DNA of 63,210 nucleotides, filler included, from Octopus bimaculoides (GCF_001194135.2; 3 parts of 3 records of this genome joined end to end with filler, not necessarily neighbours in it), one strand, 5' to 3'. Counted from the first letter of the whole stretch, positions 25,590 to 39,167 are shown. Numbers and translations: made by a program. Notes: a model not told the origin generated them from the letters alone.

Positions 25590-26271
25590 TATATATTATA
25601 TTATTTATATGCACACAAATATATATATATATATATTATATATATGTATACATACATACGTACANNNNNNNNNNNNNNNNNNNNNNNNNNNNNNNNNNNN
25701 NNNNNNNNNNNNNNNNNNNNNNNNNNNNNNNNNNNNNNNNNNNNNNNNNNNNNNNNNNNNNNNNNNNNNNNNNNNNNNNNNNNNNNNNNNNNNNNNNNNN
25801 NNNNNNNNNNNNNNNNNNNNNNNNNNNNNNNNNNNNNNNNNNNNNNNNNNNNNNNNNNNNNNNNNNNNNNNNNNNNNNNNNNNNNNNNNNNNNNNNNNNN
25901 NNNNNNNNNNNNNNNNNNNNNNNNNNNNNNNNNNNNNNNNNNNNNNNNNNNNNNNNNNNNNNNNNNNNNNNNNNNNNNNNNNNNNNNNNNNNNNNNNNNN
26001 NNNNNNNNNNNNNNNNNNNNNNNNNNNNNNNNNNNNNNNNNNNNNNNNNNNNNNNNNNNNNNNNNNNNNNNNNNNNNNNNNNNNNNNNNNNNNNNNNNNN
26101 NNNNNNNNNNNNNNNNNNNNNNNNNNNNNNNNNNNNNNNNNNNNNNNNNNNNNNNNNNNNNNNNNNNNNNNNNNNNNNNNNNNNNNNNNNNNNNNNNNNN
26201 NNNNNNNNNNNNNNNNNNNNNNNNNNNNNNNNNNNNNNNNNNNNNNNNNNNNNNNNNNNNNNNNNNNNNNN

Positions 26272-26302
<31 letters not shown>

Positions 26303-26469
26303 TAAATAGATAGATAGATATATAAAGAGATAGATATAGAGAGAGAGGTCCAAGAAAGACAGTTCTGAAATCTTTAGATGAACACCCAGCTCAGGTCTTT
26401 TATCATGATCAAGTGTTTGTGCTGCACATTATCTCACCTCACCCCCTTTAAATTGACATTACTTGAACA

Positions 26470-26610
26470 GGTGCACAGTGGGCAACATGTCAATGTGAGA
26501 TAAAGTGTTTTGGTCAAAAACATAATGCACCTCCTGGTCCAGGAATTGAACCCACAATCTCACGATTGTGAATATAACACTCCAGACCAATAGGCCACAT
26601 GCCCTTACAC
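26470..26610 (-). mobile_element. tRNA-derived SINE head (family D; another head at 61233-61315 on +)
   Basis: Minus strand ggcatgtggcctattgg..gtgggttcaattcctgg (A/B boxes); plus-strand copy gaaggcgtatggcttaatggttagg..gttcgattccc. Confidence 0.6.
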
Positions 26611-26872
26611 ACATGCATTAATATATATATATACACAGATATATAAACATATACATATCTATATATATACATATACATATACAGAAACCAGTCCACATGA
26701 GTCTAAATACTTAAATATACGTTGGGAGATTATCTTAACCTGATTTGCCATCGGTTGATTTCTGTAGTTATCATCAGTGTATTTTGGTCATTCAAATAAG
26801 AGTTTTGACAGTTATTTCCAGCAGGTAGACATACTCAGTATGTCTTTTGATTAATTTTATATCCATACATAC

Positions 26873-26940
<68 letters not shown>

Positions 26941-27009
26941 CAAATAATATGTGAGCATATGCATACATACATGTATGTACATACCTACATCTACATGTAT
27001 ATATAGATG

Positions 27010-27945
27010 CATATCTGGGTACAGGACGTTGCAAAAAACGTGGACAAAATGATAAACAGAGCACAGAAAACACACAGGCCACATAGAGAACATTTCCTTC
27101 ATCAGCTGCTACCATTCTAAAACTAAGCGTTTCAAAGAGTTAGGGCAGGACGCATTGTTAGAATGGCTCTTCCCACGGAAGAAGTTTTTTTCTAGTGTGT
27201 GAGCGCTTTCATTAAACTTTTTCAAACACATGTGCTTGGAAGTTGTTATTTTCGTGGTAGTGATAGTATTATTTCTGGTTTATTTTCGGACTTTTGGCTT
27301 TAGTCATAAATATTCTTTTACCATTGTTTATTATATGGAGTGTTGGCTATTTTTGGTTTAATTTCAAATTTAGAATTCTTATAAAGTATTCTTTTGCCTT
27401 TCGTAGATGCACATTTTCATAATTTATTTCGTAAAATGCGAATATTTTATATTTTCCATTTGCACAGATATCCAGATGTTCACTGCATGGGACATTCCTA
27501 AGAGATGAATCCCTAATTTGTTGTTTATGCATATTTACATGGCTGGACAGTTTCCTTCCTGTCTCCCCAATGTAGTTTTCATTGCACTGTGGGCATGTGA
27601 TGCCGTAAATGAGGTTTTTTACTTTGCAATTCATGTTTGCATTCACTTTTAATTTCCCATTCTTGAATCGTTTGGTTGCCCCTTGCTCAATTAATTTACA
27701 TATCCCACAATGGGAATCTTTACAGTTGGTTAATTGCATCGTTTCTTCTTCAAACGTGAATCTCACCTTTGTTAGGAGTCTCTAGAGGTTAGGTGGTTGT
27801 CTTCGACTGTTGATAATTTGTGAATTTTTAATTATTCATTGGAGATTTGGTGATTGATATAGAACTGGGAGGTATCGTTTAGCTGAATGCAGGATGTTGT
27901 TTCTAGGATTGTGGGTGACTACAAATGGAATATTAGTATTTGTAT
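27010..27945 (-). mobile_element. Penelope-like retroelement 3' fragment (linker, GIY-YIG endonuclease, terminal region)
   Basis: NIPFVVTHNPRNN..IINSRRQPPNL*RLLTKVRF linker, then NLIYGITCPQCNENYIGETGRKLSSHVNMHKQQIRD..CSEHLDIC..RKAKEYFIRILNLKLN. This is a GIY-YIG domain with the Cys motif characteristic of PLEs. Confidence 0.9.
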
Positions 27946-28770
27946 TAATTTTCACACCTAGCCTGAGTGTGTCTCCATAAAGTAGAGATCAGGATTTCCT
28001 TTGCTTTTATATATGTATATGTTTTCATGTGCCTTTGTTTTGACATCATGTGATTTATATAAACAAGCATCATCATCATGAAAGTGATGCTGCTTGTATC
28101 CAGTCTTCTGTGAAAGACATGACTGAAAATACAAATTCCATCTGACCAATGCAAGCATAAAAAATGGATGCAAAACAATGATGATGAAGATATCTATCTG
28201 TCTGTCTAACTGTCTGTCTGTGCAGCTCCCTAGCTAGGTGGCCAATATGATAGATAGATAGACAGACAGACAGATAAATGGATGATAAACACACAGAGAT
28301 ATGTACGTGCACATGATATGACAGTGTTGTTGTGGTTGTTGGTGGTGGTGGTGACAATGACAACGATGACAACTACACAACTTCCAGCATATTTTTTTAG
28401 TAAGCACACAACTCTAGTATTTATTATATAATTGGAAATTATTATTAGGACAGATGACAAAAAGTATTTTAAATGCTTTCTGTAATTAAAATAAATAATT
28501 CATTACATATATACTGCCATATATAATTGCTTTCAATAATTTAGTTACTCGTCATGTAAGTTTCATCACGTTTTGTCTTGTTTTTGGTTTTTTGGTTGAA
28601 TTCATTATACCCTCTTTCATGTCTTAAATCTTTATTACATCGGCCACAGAGATTAAGAATTAAAATGCTTAAGAAGCAGTCCATAGTTTATTCTAGAATA
28701 CTCTGTCTCCATTTTTGCACATCGAAATTAATGGCAAATCTTCAAAAAAATTATATTAATGCTTTACTTA

Positions 28771-28837
28771 CATCAAAGCTTTACTCCGATTTTCTGTTAT
28801 CTCTTCTTTTTTATCTCTTATTAGTTCATTCATTGTG
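28771..28837 (-). CDS. Candidate coding or start exon (MNELIRDKKEEITENRSKAL)
   Basis: Purine-rich open frame on the minus strand ending GCTTTGAT|gtaagt, with an in-frame stop just upstream of the ATG. It sits at the CpG boundary. Confidence 0.3.
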
Positions 28838-29099
28838 TCTTATAATATGTAAGTGCAACTAAAATATGTTCTATCATATTTTACTTTACAATATATGCAA
28901 TTGTCTATAAAACGTGTCCTGACTGAGAGCATACAAATCAAGGCAAATTAGACTCAGTCAAACTTCACACAGTACCAAATTTGAATGTTTTATTCATAAT
29001 ATTGGAATGGGTATATATACACAAACACACGCACACATATGTATACATTTATATACATACATAGATAAATGCATATATATATGTATATATTTGTATGTA

Positions 29100-29143
<44 letters not shown>

Positions 29144-29432
29144 AATACACATATATATACACATACACACACTTACACATGCATGCATGCACACACACAC
29201 ACACGTGTATGTAAGCATGTATGTTTGTAAGAATGTGTATACATATCTATCTGAATACTTGAATACATGAAAATTGCATGTGTGAACATGAATGAACTGT
29301 ATGAACAATATGTAAGCAATACTTCTATTTTCATACCCTTATATACTGATACAGAGATTTATGAACACAATTAGTTGAATAAACTGCAAACTTAAATACA
29401 CACACACACACTATATATATATATATATATAT

Positions 29433-29532
29433 NNNNNNNNNNNNNNNNNNNNNNNNNNNNNNNNNNNNNNNNNNNNTTAATTAATTAANNNNNNNNNNNN
29501 NNNNNNNNNNNNNNNNNNNNNNNNNNNNNNNN
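29433..29532. other. Assembly artefact: 100-bp gap placeholder N44-TTAATTAATTAA-N44 (identical construct at 47553-47652)
   Basis: Identical 44N + 12 bp + 44N layout at two sites. The 12-mer gives stops in all six frames. Confidence 0.9.
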
Positions 29533-29814
29533 ATATATATATATATATATATATACATATATATTTATGAATGTATGTATATACATGTGTGTGTACGCGA
29601 CGTGCCTATGCGTTCCTGCGTGTGTATAGTTTGTGTGTGTGAATGTGTGTACAGTCTGGATTTTAGATGAAAAAAAGTAAACTAATTAAGACCAATAGGT
29701 ACTGTAGAGGGTAGAGAAAGAACAAAATCCTGCCTTCGGTGGAAACTGTGGTCTGAGTGGCTTCTGAGTGTGCACGAACAATCCGAACACAGATGTTGTA
29801 GCGAATTGCAGGAT

Positions 29815-30082
29815 AGATAGTTAGATAGATCGATCGATCGATCGATCGATAGATAGATAGAAAGATACCTTTCTTAGCCACACAGGGCCCAACACAGAAG
29901 GGATAACATACAATGTAGAGCTTTTCTCTTCGAAAGAAAAAATAAGAAAATAGAAATAAAAGGAGGAAAAATTCCGATCAAAAGGCATAGTGTAAAAAAA
30001 GAAAATCCGATCAAAACGGAGCGTGTATCACAGAACAAAGTAGAAATGTAAAACGAGCGTCTGCTGAACGGCTTTGTCGCTC
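29815..30082 (-). mobile_element. Probable LINE 3' end with (TATC)n tail
   Basis: On the minus strand a T-rich segment ends ..ggccctgtgtggctaagaaag and runs into (TATC)n. The 5' part is lost in a gap and no ORF is visible. Confidence 0.35.
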
Positions 30083-30663
30083 NNNNNNNNNNNNNNNNNN
30101 NNNNNNNNNNNNNNNNNNNNNNNNNNNNNNNNNNNNNNNNNNNNNNNNNNNNNNNNNNNNNNNNNNNNNNNNNNNNNNNNNNNNNNNNNNNNNNNNNNNN
30201 NNNNNNNNNNNNNNNNNNNNNNNNNNNNNNNNNNNNNNNNNNNNNNNNNNNNNNNNNNNNNNNNNNNNNNNNNNNNNNNNNNNNNNNNNNNNNNNNNNNN
30301 NNNNNNNNNNNNNNNNNNNNNNNNNNNNNNNNNNNNNNNNNNNNNNNNNNNNNNNNNNNNNNNNNNNNNNNNNNNNNNNNNNNNNNNNNNNNNNNNNNNN
30401 NNNNNNNNNNNNNNNNNNNNNNNNNNNNNNNNNNNNNNNNNNNNNNNNNNNNNNNNNNNNNNNNNNNNNNNNNNNNNNNNNNNNNNNNNNNNNNNNNNNN
30501 NNNNNNNNNNNNNNNNNNNNNNNNNNNNNNNNNNNNNNNNNNNNNNNNNNNNNNNNNNNNNNNNNNNNNNNNNNNNNNNNNNNNNNNNNNNNNNNNNNNN
30601 NNNNNNNNNNNNNNNNNNAAAAAAAAACCCGAAGAAAGTGCGTTCCAGTTTGATGGATTGTTT

Positions 30664-30711
<48 letters not shown>

Positions 30712-33700
30712 TATGTAGATAGATAGATAGATAGACAGACAGATATTGTATTGAAATTATGTACTCTTGGGATTAGAATGTCGTTCCGACCAGCTAACTC
30801 GAAATGTTTCGATTATAATAGTTTATAATCGTTCCAGATATGATAATTTATATGTACTACTAATATTATATGATGCATACTATTTTCTCCTGCATTTTAT
30901 GTAAATGACAATGATTTACTATTGTTAGAGATATTTGAGAAAGAGGTGTCGTCCCTGAAGAATACATTTTTACTGCTTTACAAACGAAATTTCATATTTT
31001 GAATCTCATGAATTGTGGACAGCATATATCTAACATGGCTTTCATTAAATGGCATTACATTGTGCTCATCATATTTCCTGCGATAAATAATACTTATATA
31101 ACTACTATTCGATTGGTCATCAAAATATGATTTCTCATCAAATATCACATATTCTTTGTATAGATATATGTTTGTTTTATTTTATGGGTTATTTATTTAA
31201 TAGCTACTACAAGATAACTTTATGAACAGTATAAGTTCAACTACATTACGTATTAAGACTTTCCTTTAATTTACATTTAGATATTTCATTTGTGCTTGCA
31301 AGGGTAAATAAGAGTTCAACTGGTAAAAAAAAATTGCGTGCTGCTGCCAATGTTTACATACTAACAGGAGAGCTAAAAAATGGTTTGGAAGCATACCATA
31401 TCTGATAATTGTTAATTTTACAGTTATACAGCTTTTATATCTTTTCACCAGTCCTTTAACAATGAATGATGCATAACGCGATAAATAAATTTTATCGGCA
31501 TTTTTTTTTACACACCATTGTAAATCGTTTCAAGCGTCTCTAATTATGCTTTTTAGAATAAAAGCAAACGTTTATCAGATATTAGCTACTGTATACAATG
31601 TAGATTGATGCTATTAATTGACACAACATTTGCAAATGAGTTCTTTATATTTTACCATAAAGTATTTGCTACGGAAATAATTAAAGTATATTATATCTTT
31701 GATGTGAAAGCTTTGATGTCAGATGTTACATTTAATTTCAGGAACAAAGAACAACATTTAAGCGGACAGTAGGTGTACGTGACAGAGTTCTAGTAGAAAA
31801 AGCGCATAGTTTTCCTATTAATTAGTAACCCATAAATCAAGTCTCATGTATACTGTAGCACTAATTTGTCTACTAGATGCTTTTAATCTGCTCCAGTTTT
31901 CTTTCTCTTAATATATATATCCAGTAGATTATCTATAACATATGTATATATAACACATACACGCGCGCACACGCACACACACACACTTACACAGTGGACT
32001 GAAGGTAGTAGAATACCACTGCTAGAAACAGCAGCTGAAGGGCTCTATTGCTGCTATCAACGCACATATAATTATATACATACACGCAGGCAGGGACTGG
32101 AATTTGGCGACTGAGATATCCCTTTACCATACGGTTTCAGCTTTAGGCCGAAGCATCCTCATATAGGCAGCAGAATTCGTTACTGATCGGAGAGCCGAGC
32201 TACGAGCATATAAGTATTGTCCATAAAAAAAAAAATTATGGATGATTTAGCGAATCGATAATGCGTACAAAAATAATTAAACTTCACCAGCAATACAACA
32301 CTTTAGCTCTTATTTCTATCTGTGTAGGTGTTCTAAGACCCTCAGTCGTATTTCATGACCGTATTGTCTTCCTTTTCTTGGTGAAATTTAATTATTTGTA
32401 TACAAATTGGCGATTATACAATTATATATATTTTTTCTCTTATGCTGACTTAGAAGTAGAATTTGAAGTAATTGCCTAGAATGAGTTATTTGTGCGTGTC
32501 GTATTATTTCCGATCCTGTATCTGAAAATAAAGATTACTGGTGCAATAAAGACATGATATAAAAGTTGAGGCGATATTATCCTCTATACTTGTTGTAGTG
32601 TCAAAATATTCAAAAAAGCAAACATGCACACTTGCAGAGTTAGGATGTCCTATGTTAGTGGTTATTAACTGAAGGCTACATGACATGGTGCATAAAATTT
32701 CCTCCCGTTTTTCTTTTACTTTTGCACCAATTAAACGGCAGACATGCTGAAGTATCGCTTTGCAAAAGTTTAGCCGAGTGAATCGACATCAAACTTTATT
32801 TTCCTTTTCGGTCTCCTGCCGAACTGTTAAGTCATGAATAGGTAAAATCAGATACAAACAGACACACATAGAACATACACACGCACAAACACATACACAC
32901 ACACTCACACGCACACACGTATACATACACACACATGCAGATATATATGTGTGTGTGCATACATATATACATACATATATGTATGTATATGCATATGTGT
33001 TTGTGTGTGCGAAATAAACTAGAATCAACAATAAAACGAATTTGCTTATTGGTAAATGCCCATTCTTCGTCGAAATCTCTCTGACTACGATGAAAGCTTA
33101 AAGACCGTAATAAGCAAGACTTTGATTCCTGCCGCACAGGGAAGTAAAAACATCAGCGTTTCAACAGACAATATATTGACAGCGTGTTTGCCGACGGAAA
33201 GCAAGTAGTAAAAATCTGCCTTTCTATCTATCATGACCTCTCACTCTTTTGTCTCGTCTACCCTTTTGATGCACCCTTCTCGAATCGAATAATAGAATGC
33301 AAAGAAACAAACACGCCTGCATTTTCTTACTATGGATGAAAGTAAGCTATAAAAAAACGCTTTTCCCTGCCTTTCTCTCTCTTCACCTGTCACTCGTTCT
33401 TTTTATTTTCTTTTTCATGCACTCTCCGAAAAATGAGCAGGAAACCAATTATAGCACTGTTTCTCGCTAAGCAAGCAGGAGCTTTCTCTAGTTACGTGTG
33501 CTAAATGTTATCGATTGTTTTCAATTTATACGAAGAAATGAAAAAATGGGAAATAAGACAAAATATATCATGAGCATACTGAAGATAACGAAATCTTTCA
33601 ATAATTAATTTTATATTACGTAAAAATTATTTATCCTAGAGAAATAGTAAGACTTGCAGCGCATGCGTTGCATACAGAAACCGTTCGTCCCTGAAACATA

Positions 33701-33817
33701 CCCGCAGCCAAACGTCCCATTCACATGCATGCACGTACACACACAAACACACATACATACACACACACACACACACATACACACACACACACACACAAAC
33801 ACACACGCAGACATATC

Positions 33818-33985
33818 TACAACGAGCTTCTTTCATCTTCCATCTGCCAGAGCAATTCAAATGCCTCTGGCCGACCCCAAGCTGTAGTATCGGACACTTG
33901 CCCAGGATGCCATCGAGTGGAACTGAAACCGGAAACATGTGGCTGGGAACCAAATGATTTACTATGTAGCCATGTCCACGCTGTT
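33818..33985 (-). mobile_element. SINE family A copy, CpGs retained
   Basis: gagcttctttcatcttcc..ggccgacccc..ggacacttgcccagg..ggaactgaaaccggaaacatgtgg. Confidence 0.75.
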
Positions 33986-34906
33986 AAGCATACCAACATT
34001 AGGTTTATCTTGATAATGCCGTATATATAAAATATCCTAAATTAGGAGTGTCAAGCATCTTGTAGATGACACAAAACTTTCAGTGATAGTCTTTTGTCAT
34101 ACTGAAGGAGAAACCCTATATTGAATGCTATTATTACAGATGCCTGATGAATCACAATAGCCGTCACTAATTATGATGTCTTTTCTTTTGAGAGAACATA
34201 TATATTTTGTTCGGTTTTACAAGTGTGTATGTGCCGCGGAACGATGTAGCTATCAACAATTGATTACAGCAGTCATTGCCTCGGTGATATTAAAATGTTA
34301 TCGCATCTTGTATATACTAAGTTTATGAGTTGATGATGGATATAAACACCTATCAACAGAGAGGCACTTATAAATTGGTAATCCTAACAGGCGGCTATTA
34401 AGCTAAAATAGATTAAGAAACAATGATTTAACAGATAACGAGCTATAAAGTTACCTCACTCTGAACACTCTCCTTGCAAGAAATGTGCTTAATCTACTGT
34501 AATAGTTGTCTCCAAAGAAACAGTACATCGGATAAAGATACTGGCTGTGTTATATGCTCACCGCGCACACCACCTCAATCATCAAAAGTTTCATTTACTA
34601 ACAATAGTTGCAATGGTGTTTCATTCAAGATGAATGGCATTTTACATTTCCAGTGCCCTAATATCTCAGTAGTCAAAACGCCATTCTTAACTACCAAGTC
34701 TCAGGGCGTGGTTTTAGGTTGTTTGAATACGAATGTAATAATAAGATGGGGTTTCACAATGCTTGAATATGTTTAGCAAGGAAGGCTTATGTGATGCAGC
34801 TGCCAGAATGAACAACAACACCGAATAAATCATACGTATATGTGGTCTATAAGCATATATACTATATATGCATATTATTTGTGTGTATGTATATATATAC
34901 ATATAT

Positions 34907-34937
<31 letters not shown>

Positions 34938-35237
34938 NNNNNNNNNNNNNNNNNNNNNNNNNNNNNNNNNNNNNNNNNNNNNNNNNNNNNNNNNNNNNNN
35001 NNNNNNNNNNNNNNNNNNNNNNNNNNNNNNNNNNNNNNNNNNNNNNNNNNNNNNNNNNNNNNNNNNNNNNNNNNNNNNNNNNNNNNNNNNNNNNNNNNNN
35101 NNNNNNNNNNNNNNNNNNNNNNNNNNNNNNNNNNNNNNNNNNNNNNNNNNNNNNNNNNNNNNNNNNNNNNNNNNNNNNNNNNNNNNNNNNNNNNNNNNNN
35201 NNNNNNNNNNNNNNNNNNNNNNNNNNNNNNNNNNNNN

Positions 35238-35275
<38 letters not shown>

Positions 35276-35344
35276 TACATATGCATGTCTATTTATATGC
35301 ATATATGTATTCGGGAGTAAGAACATCAATATGAAAGAAGGGGG

Positions 35345-35425
35345 TAAAAATATTACTCCACTACCAGAGGTAGAGTAATATGCCTTATTAATAAAGCTGC
35401 AAAGATATCACAGAAGCTGTTACTG
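35345..35425 (-). mobile_element. Short copy of the Penelope-type terminal repeat seen at 59190-59299
   Basis: taccagaggtagagtaat..ag(c/a)..atatcaca(g/a)aagctgttact is shared with 59200-59262. Confidence 0.6.
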
Positions 35426-35471
35426 TTACAAAATATATACATATGTATATATGTAGTTGTATATATATATA

Positions 35472-35509
<38 letters not shown>

Positions 35510-35844
35510 CATATATACATCTAGTATTTATATAAGCTTAAAGCTTATAGCGATCGCCGTGCAATGACTAATATAGTTCTTAAATTCAGCAGAAGACAGG
35601 AAAGCTAATTCACAGGTGTAATGGTAAGACACTTAGTAGCGTTACCAAAGGGCTGTGGGTTTGATTCCTACGCGGTTAGAACAGCCTCATTTTTCTCTCT
35701 CAAGGGGTTATATGCCCCATTTTGGGATTATTTTTCTTTGTCATTGCACGGTGATCGCTATAACCTTTAAGATTATATAAATACTATTAATTGTATTTAC
35801 AGGATTGTAAAATCCGGCGAAATATAACAAAACCATTCGCACCG

Positions 35845-35902
<58 letters not shown>

Positions 35903-36456
35903 ACATGTAAAATTATATTTTTGTGTATATGTGTTTTACGTAATATATAAACCATGAGTATTTACATTGAAATAGTTTATACTTTCTATTAAGTTTCATT
36001 ATATTTTGTCTTGTGACGCATGAATACATCTGCTGTTTACATCAATGGATAATTTGAACATAAATCAAAAACTTCTCTGATTGTGTAATATTATGAAACA
36101 TCTATAAAGCAACATAATTTTTCGTAACATCTCGTTTAAGTCAATAGCCATTTCAGTAGATTTAGTAAAGCGAGTAATAGTATTAACGATGTCACTTTCA
36201 TTAGTTACAACTTCTTTAATGTATAATTAAAAATAAATCGTGCTTTTCCACCATTAACAATTGCCATCGCACCCTCACTTACAAGTAATTAAGTGATAGC
36301 ACCTATAAAAATTCATTAACGATAATAGCAGTAATTAAAAAATTGCAATAATTACAGTTATTTTTAGTATTATCATTTAAAATAATGACATTATTATTAT
36401 GAGTAAAACTTCCAATGCTGCATGTTTGCTTCTACTATCAATGATGATGAAGATAG

Positions 36457-36500
<44 letters not shown>

Positions 36501-36528
36501 GTGATTATGATGATAGTTTTGATTCCAG

Positions 36529-36714
36529 CATCGTAAAAAAAGAGGACAACATTTGAAAGCGGGAGAATTTGGAGCCTTACACAAATGGCTGGAGGAGACT
36601 CAAATAGTTTGTGGGATAGAGGTCCTGCAAATAGTTTGCCCCTTAGAGACAGCAACGATTGAAATGAGGTTTCTAAGCACTGGAAAGACTGCCGAAAGCT
36701 TACGGATACCTTAG
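36529..36714 (+). mobile_element. Probable degenerate PIF/Harbinger transposase fragment
   Basis: HRKKRGQHLKAGEFGALHKWLEE..IEMRFLSTGKTAESLRIP*. EFGALH and MRFLSTGKTAESL resemble the Harbinger ELGAYH and LRFLATGxSxxSL motifs, with the middle deleted. Confidence 0.45.
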
Positions 36715-36759
36715 GTCACAGGAATTAACCTGGAACCACATAAATCCTACCAGGTATAA

Positions 36760-37281
36760 GACCAAACATGAGGTTTGTTTCTATAATGATAACGATCTGA
36801 TGCAGTAAAAGGCACTGGGTTGCGTAGCCTCTGATCTTAACTGCCTGGAGATGTTATCATGAACATTGTTTTGTCTTGGTATAGAAGATAGTCTACAGAA
36901 AATATTATGCCCAATACCTCAGATTTACTTGTCAGTTGTTTAACCCATTTGAGTATATCCCTTAGTTGCTGACGATATGTGCGTCTCCGATCACGTGCAT
37001 CAGTAGTTGGGGAGCCATATAGTCATGTGTTGAGAATAATTCTTTGGGGTTTTTAATAATTCACCTTTTGAAAGATGGGTCTTTCGTTCAACAAGCTTAA
37101 ACAACACATATTCAAGGACCTTTTGAGCTGGTTGAGATACTGGACCTGAAAACAATAGTGCAAATATCGGTGTGATGCAAGTGCTTGGTATACCCTTATC
37201 AGACGAGTAGTCATGACGGGTATCCTAGGTTTCGTATATTTTACACCACTGTCACTTAGATGGCATGCACTGGTTTTTCAC
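36760..37281 (+). mobile_element. Unclassified non-coding retro-element-like repeat ending in an (AAT)n tail
   Basis: Non-coding body directly followed by (AAT)n at 37282. Family assignment is by recollection only. Confidence 0.35.
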
Positions 37282-37549
<268 letters not shown>

Positions 37550-38504
37550 CGAATCGGTTGAAACACACGAAGAAAGCCGGCGTCATCAAAACTGAAAATT
37601 GTGTAACTATAGAAAATTTTAAAAAAAGAAATGAAGAAAAAAATGAGAAAAAGAAAAAGCATGGAAGGGAAAAGAACGTACCGTCAGTTGGCAAGAGATG
37701 TGAACGCCAAGACAAATATAGAGGACCTGTGACTATGGATGAGAAGTCGTGACCTAAAGATAGAAACAAAGGCACTCATATGCGCAGCTGAGGAACAAGC
37801 GTGAAAAACCAATTATATGAAGTGCAGAATCGACAACACTACGGATAGCAACAAATGCAGAATGTGTGGTGAGTGTGGTGAAACGGTATGGCACATCGTT
37901 AGCGAGTTCCCGAAATTGGCACAACGTGAATACAAACGAAGCCATGACACTGTGAAAAGAATTATCCATTGGGAGCTCTGGAAATCATGGCCTACAAGAG
38001 AAAAGAGGTGGTATGAACAAACCCCAGAAGGATTCATCTAAAATGAGAATTGCAGAATCCTGTGGGATGAATGATCCAGTGCGATAACCTGATCAGACAT
38101 AGAAAACCGGACACTGTCGTAATGAATAAAAAAGAAAGAACATGTATGATAATCGACATAACGTGTTCCGGTGACAAGAGGATCAATGTGAAAGGGGAAG
38201 AAAAAAGTGAACAACTATGACGATTTAAAGTGGGAAATACGAAGGTTGTGGTCAAAGAAGAGAGTAGATGCGATACCAATATTAAGTGGTGTACTTGTAA
38301 GTATCAGCAATCAACTAAAAACACAGCTGAAAAAGATTGGTGCAAGCGTGAAGGTAGGACAACTACAAAATCAGCATTGCTTGGAACTGCAAGAATTCTT
38401 CGGAGGGTTTTTGAAGCATGACTAGTAAACAAGTGTCACTTTACTCTGCTGGCTGTGGTCAGCTGACACTTTACATCGTACCCCAAAATATAAGCTTTCA
38501 GTTT
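37550..38504 (+). mobile_element. 5'-truncated R4/Dong-like non-LTR retrotransposon (zinc knuckle plus restriction-like endonuclease) inserted in (TAA)n
   Basis: CRMCGECGETVWHIVSEFP (CCHC, last Cys changed to Phe); YKRSHDTVKRIIHWEL; HRKPDTVVMNKKERTCMIIDITCSGDKRIN..EEKVNNYDDLKWEIRRLW (PD-(D/E)xK); C-terminus KSALLGTARILRRVFEA*. Both flanks are TAA repeats. Confidence 0.9.
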
Positions 38505-38514
38505 TAATAATAAC

Positions 38515-38572
<58 letters not shown>

Positions 38573-38873
38573 TGATAAAAAGTTACTGAAACCTATTTGA
38601 AAATGATATCAGGCTTACCATCCCTACAGGAAGTGCAAAGAATCGTGTTAAATGCAACGACTCATGTACTGAGAAGAGCATTATCGCTGTGAAAACAACA
38701 TCAATTCATGATTTTTTTTTATTCATTAATTTTTTTTTAAAATACATATTTTGCCTGTGAATTTGCGTATGCAAACTGGGAATGCATACAATGAGTTTCA
38801 CTGCCGTAGGTGTACGGATAATACTCGGCGAGAAATGGAAGAAAATTTGAAGAAAGAAGAAAAAAACAACAAC

Positions 38874-38953
<80 letters not shown>

Positions 38954-38955
<2 letters not shown>

Positions 38956-39167
38956 GTAAAATACTCTCTATGTGATCTCAAATTTTAAAGCAAACACATA
39001 ATGTTCTTATGGTTTCTTAAACATTCACTTGAACAAAACTGTACAAATCCAAATATATGGTACCCTAGGCATAACACCTACATGAACATCTAACTTGTTG
39101 TCTCTTGAGGTCTCTGGGTGAGACTTGGATCCAACTTGTACAAATGCAAAACAAAAGTCAAACATAA

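Noticed and set aside
29477-29488. TTAATTAATTAA islands inside N runs (also 47597-47608)
   Set aside because: A scaffolding linker in a fixed 100-bp placeholder, not biological.
30799-30841. Overlapping hairpins TCGAAA-TG-TTTCGA and CGATTATAA-TAGT-TTATAATCG
   Set aside because: No Helitron CTRR end or other context, and short AT-rich stems are expected by chance.
34474-34776. 100-codon plus-strand ORF
   Set aside because: Non-ATG start, no recognisable motif and no convincing splice boundaries.
35615-35680. tRNA-like A/B-box sequences (also 61233-61315, about 26540-26600 and about 56580-56610)
   Set aside because: No cloverleaf or acceptor stem; these are SINE heads rather than tRNA genes.
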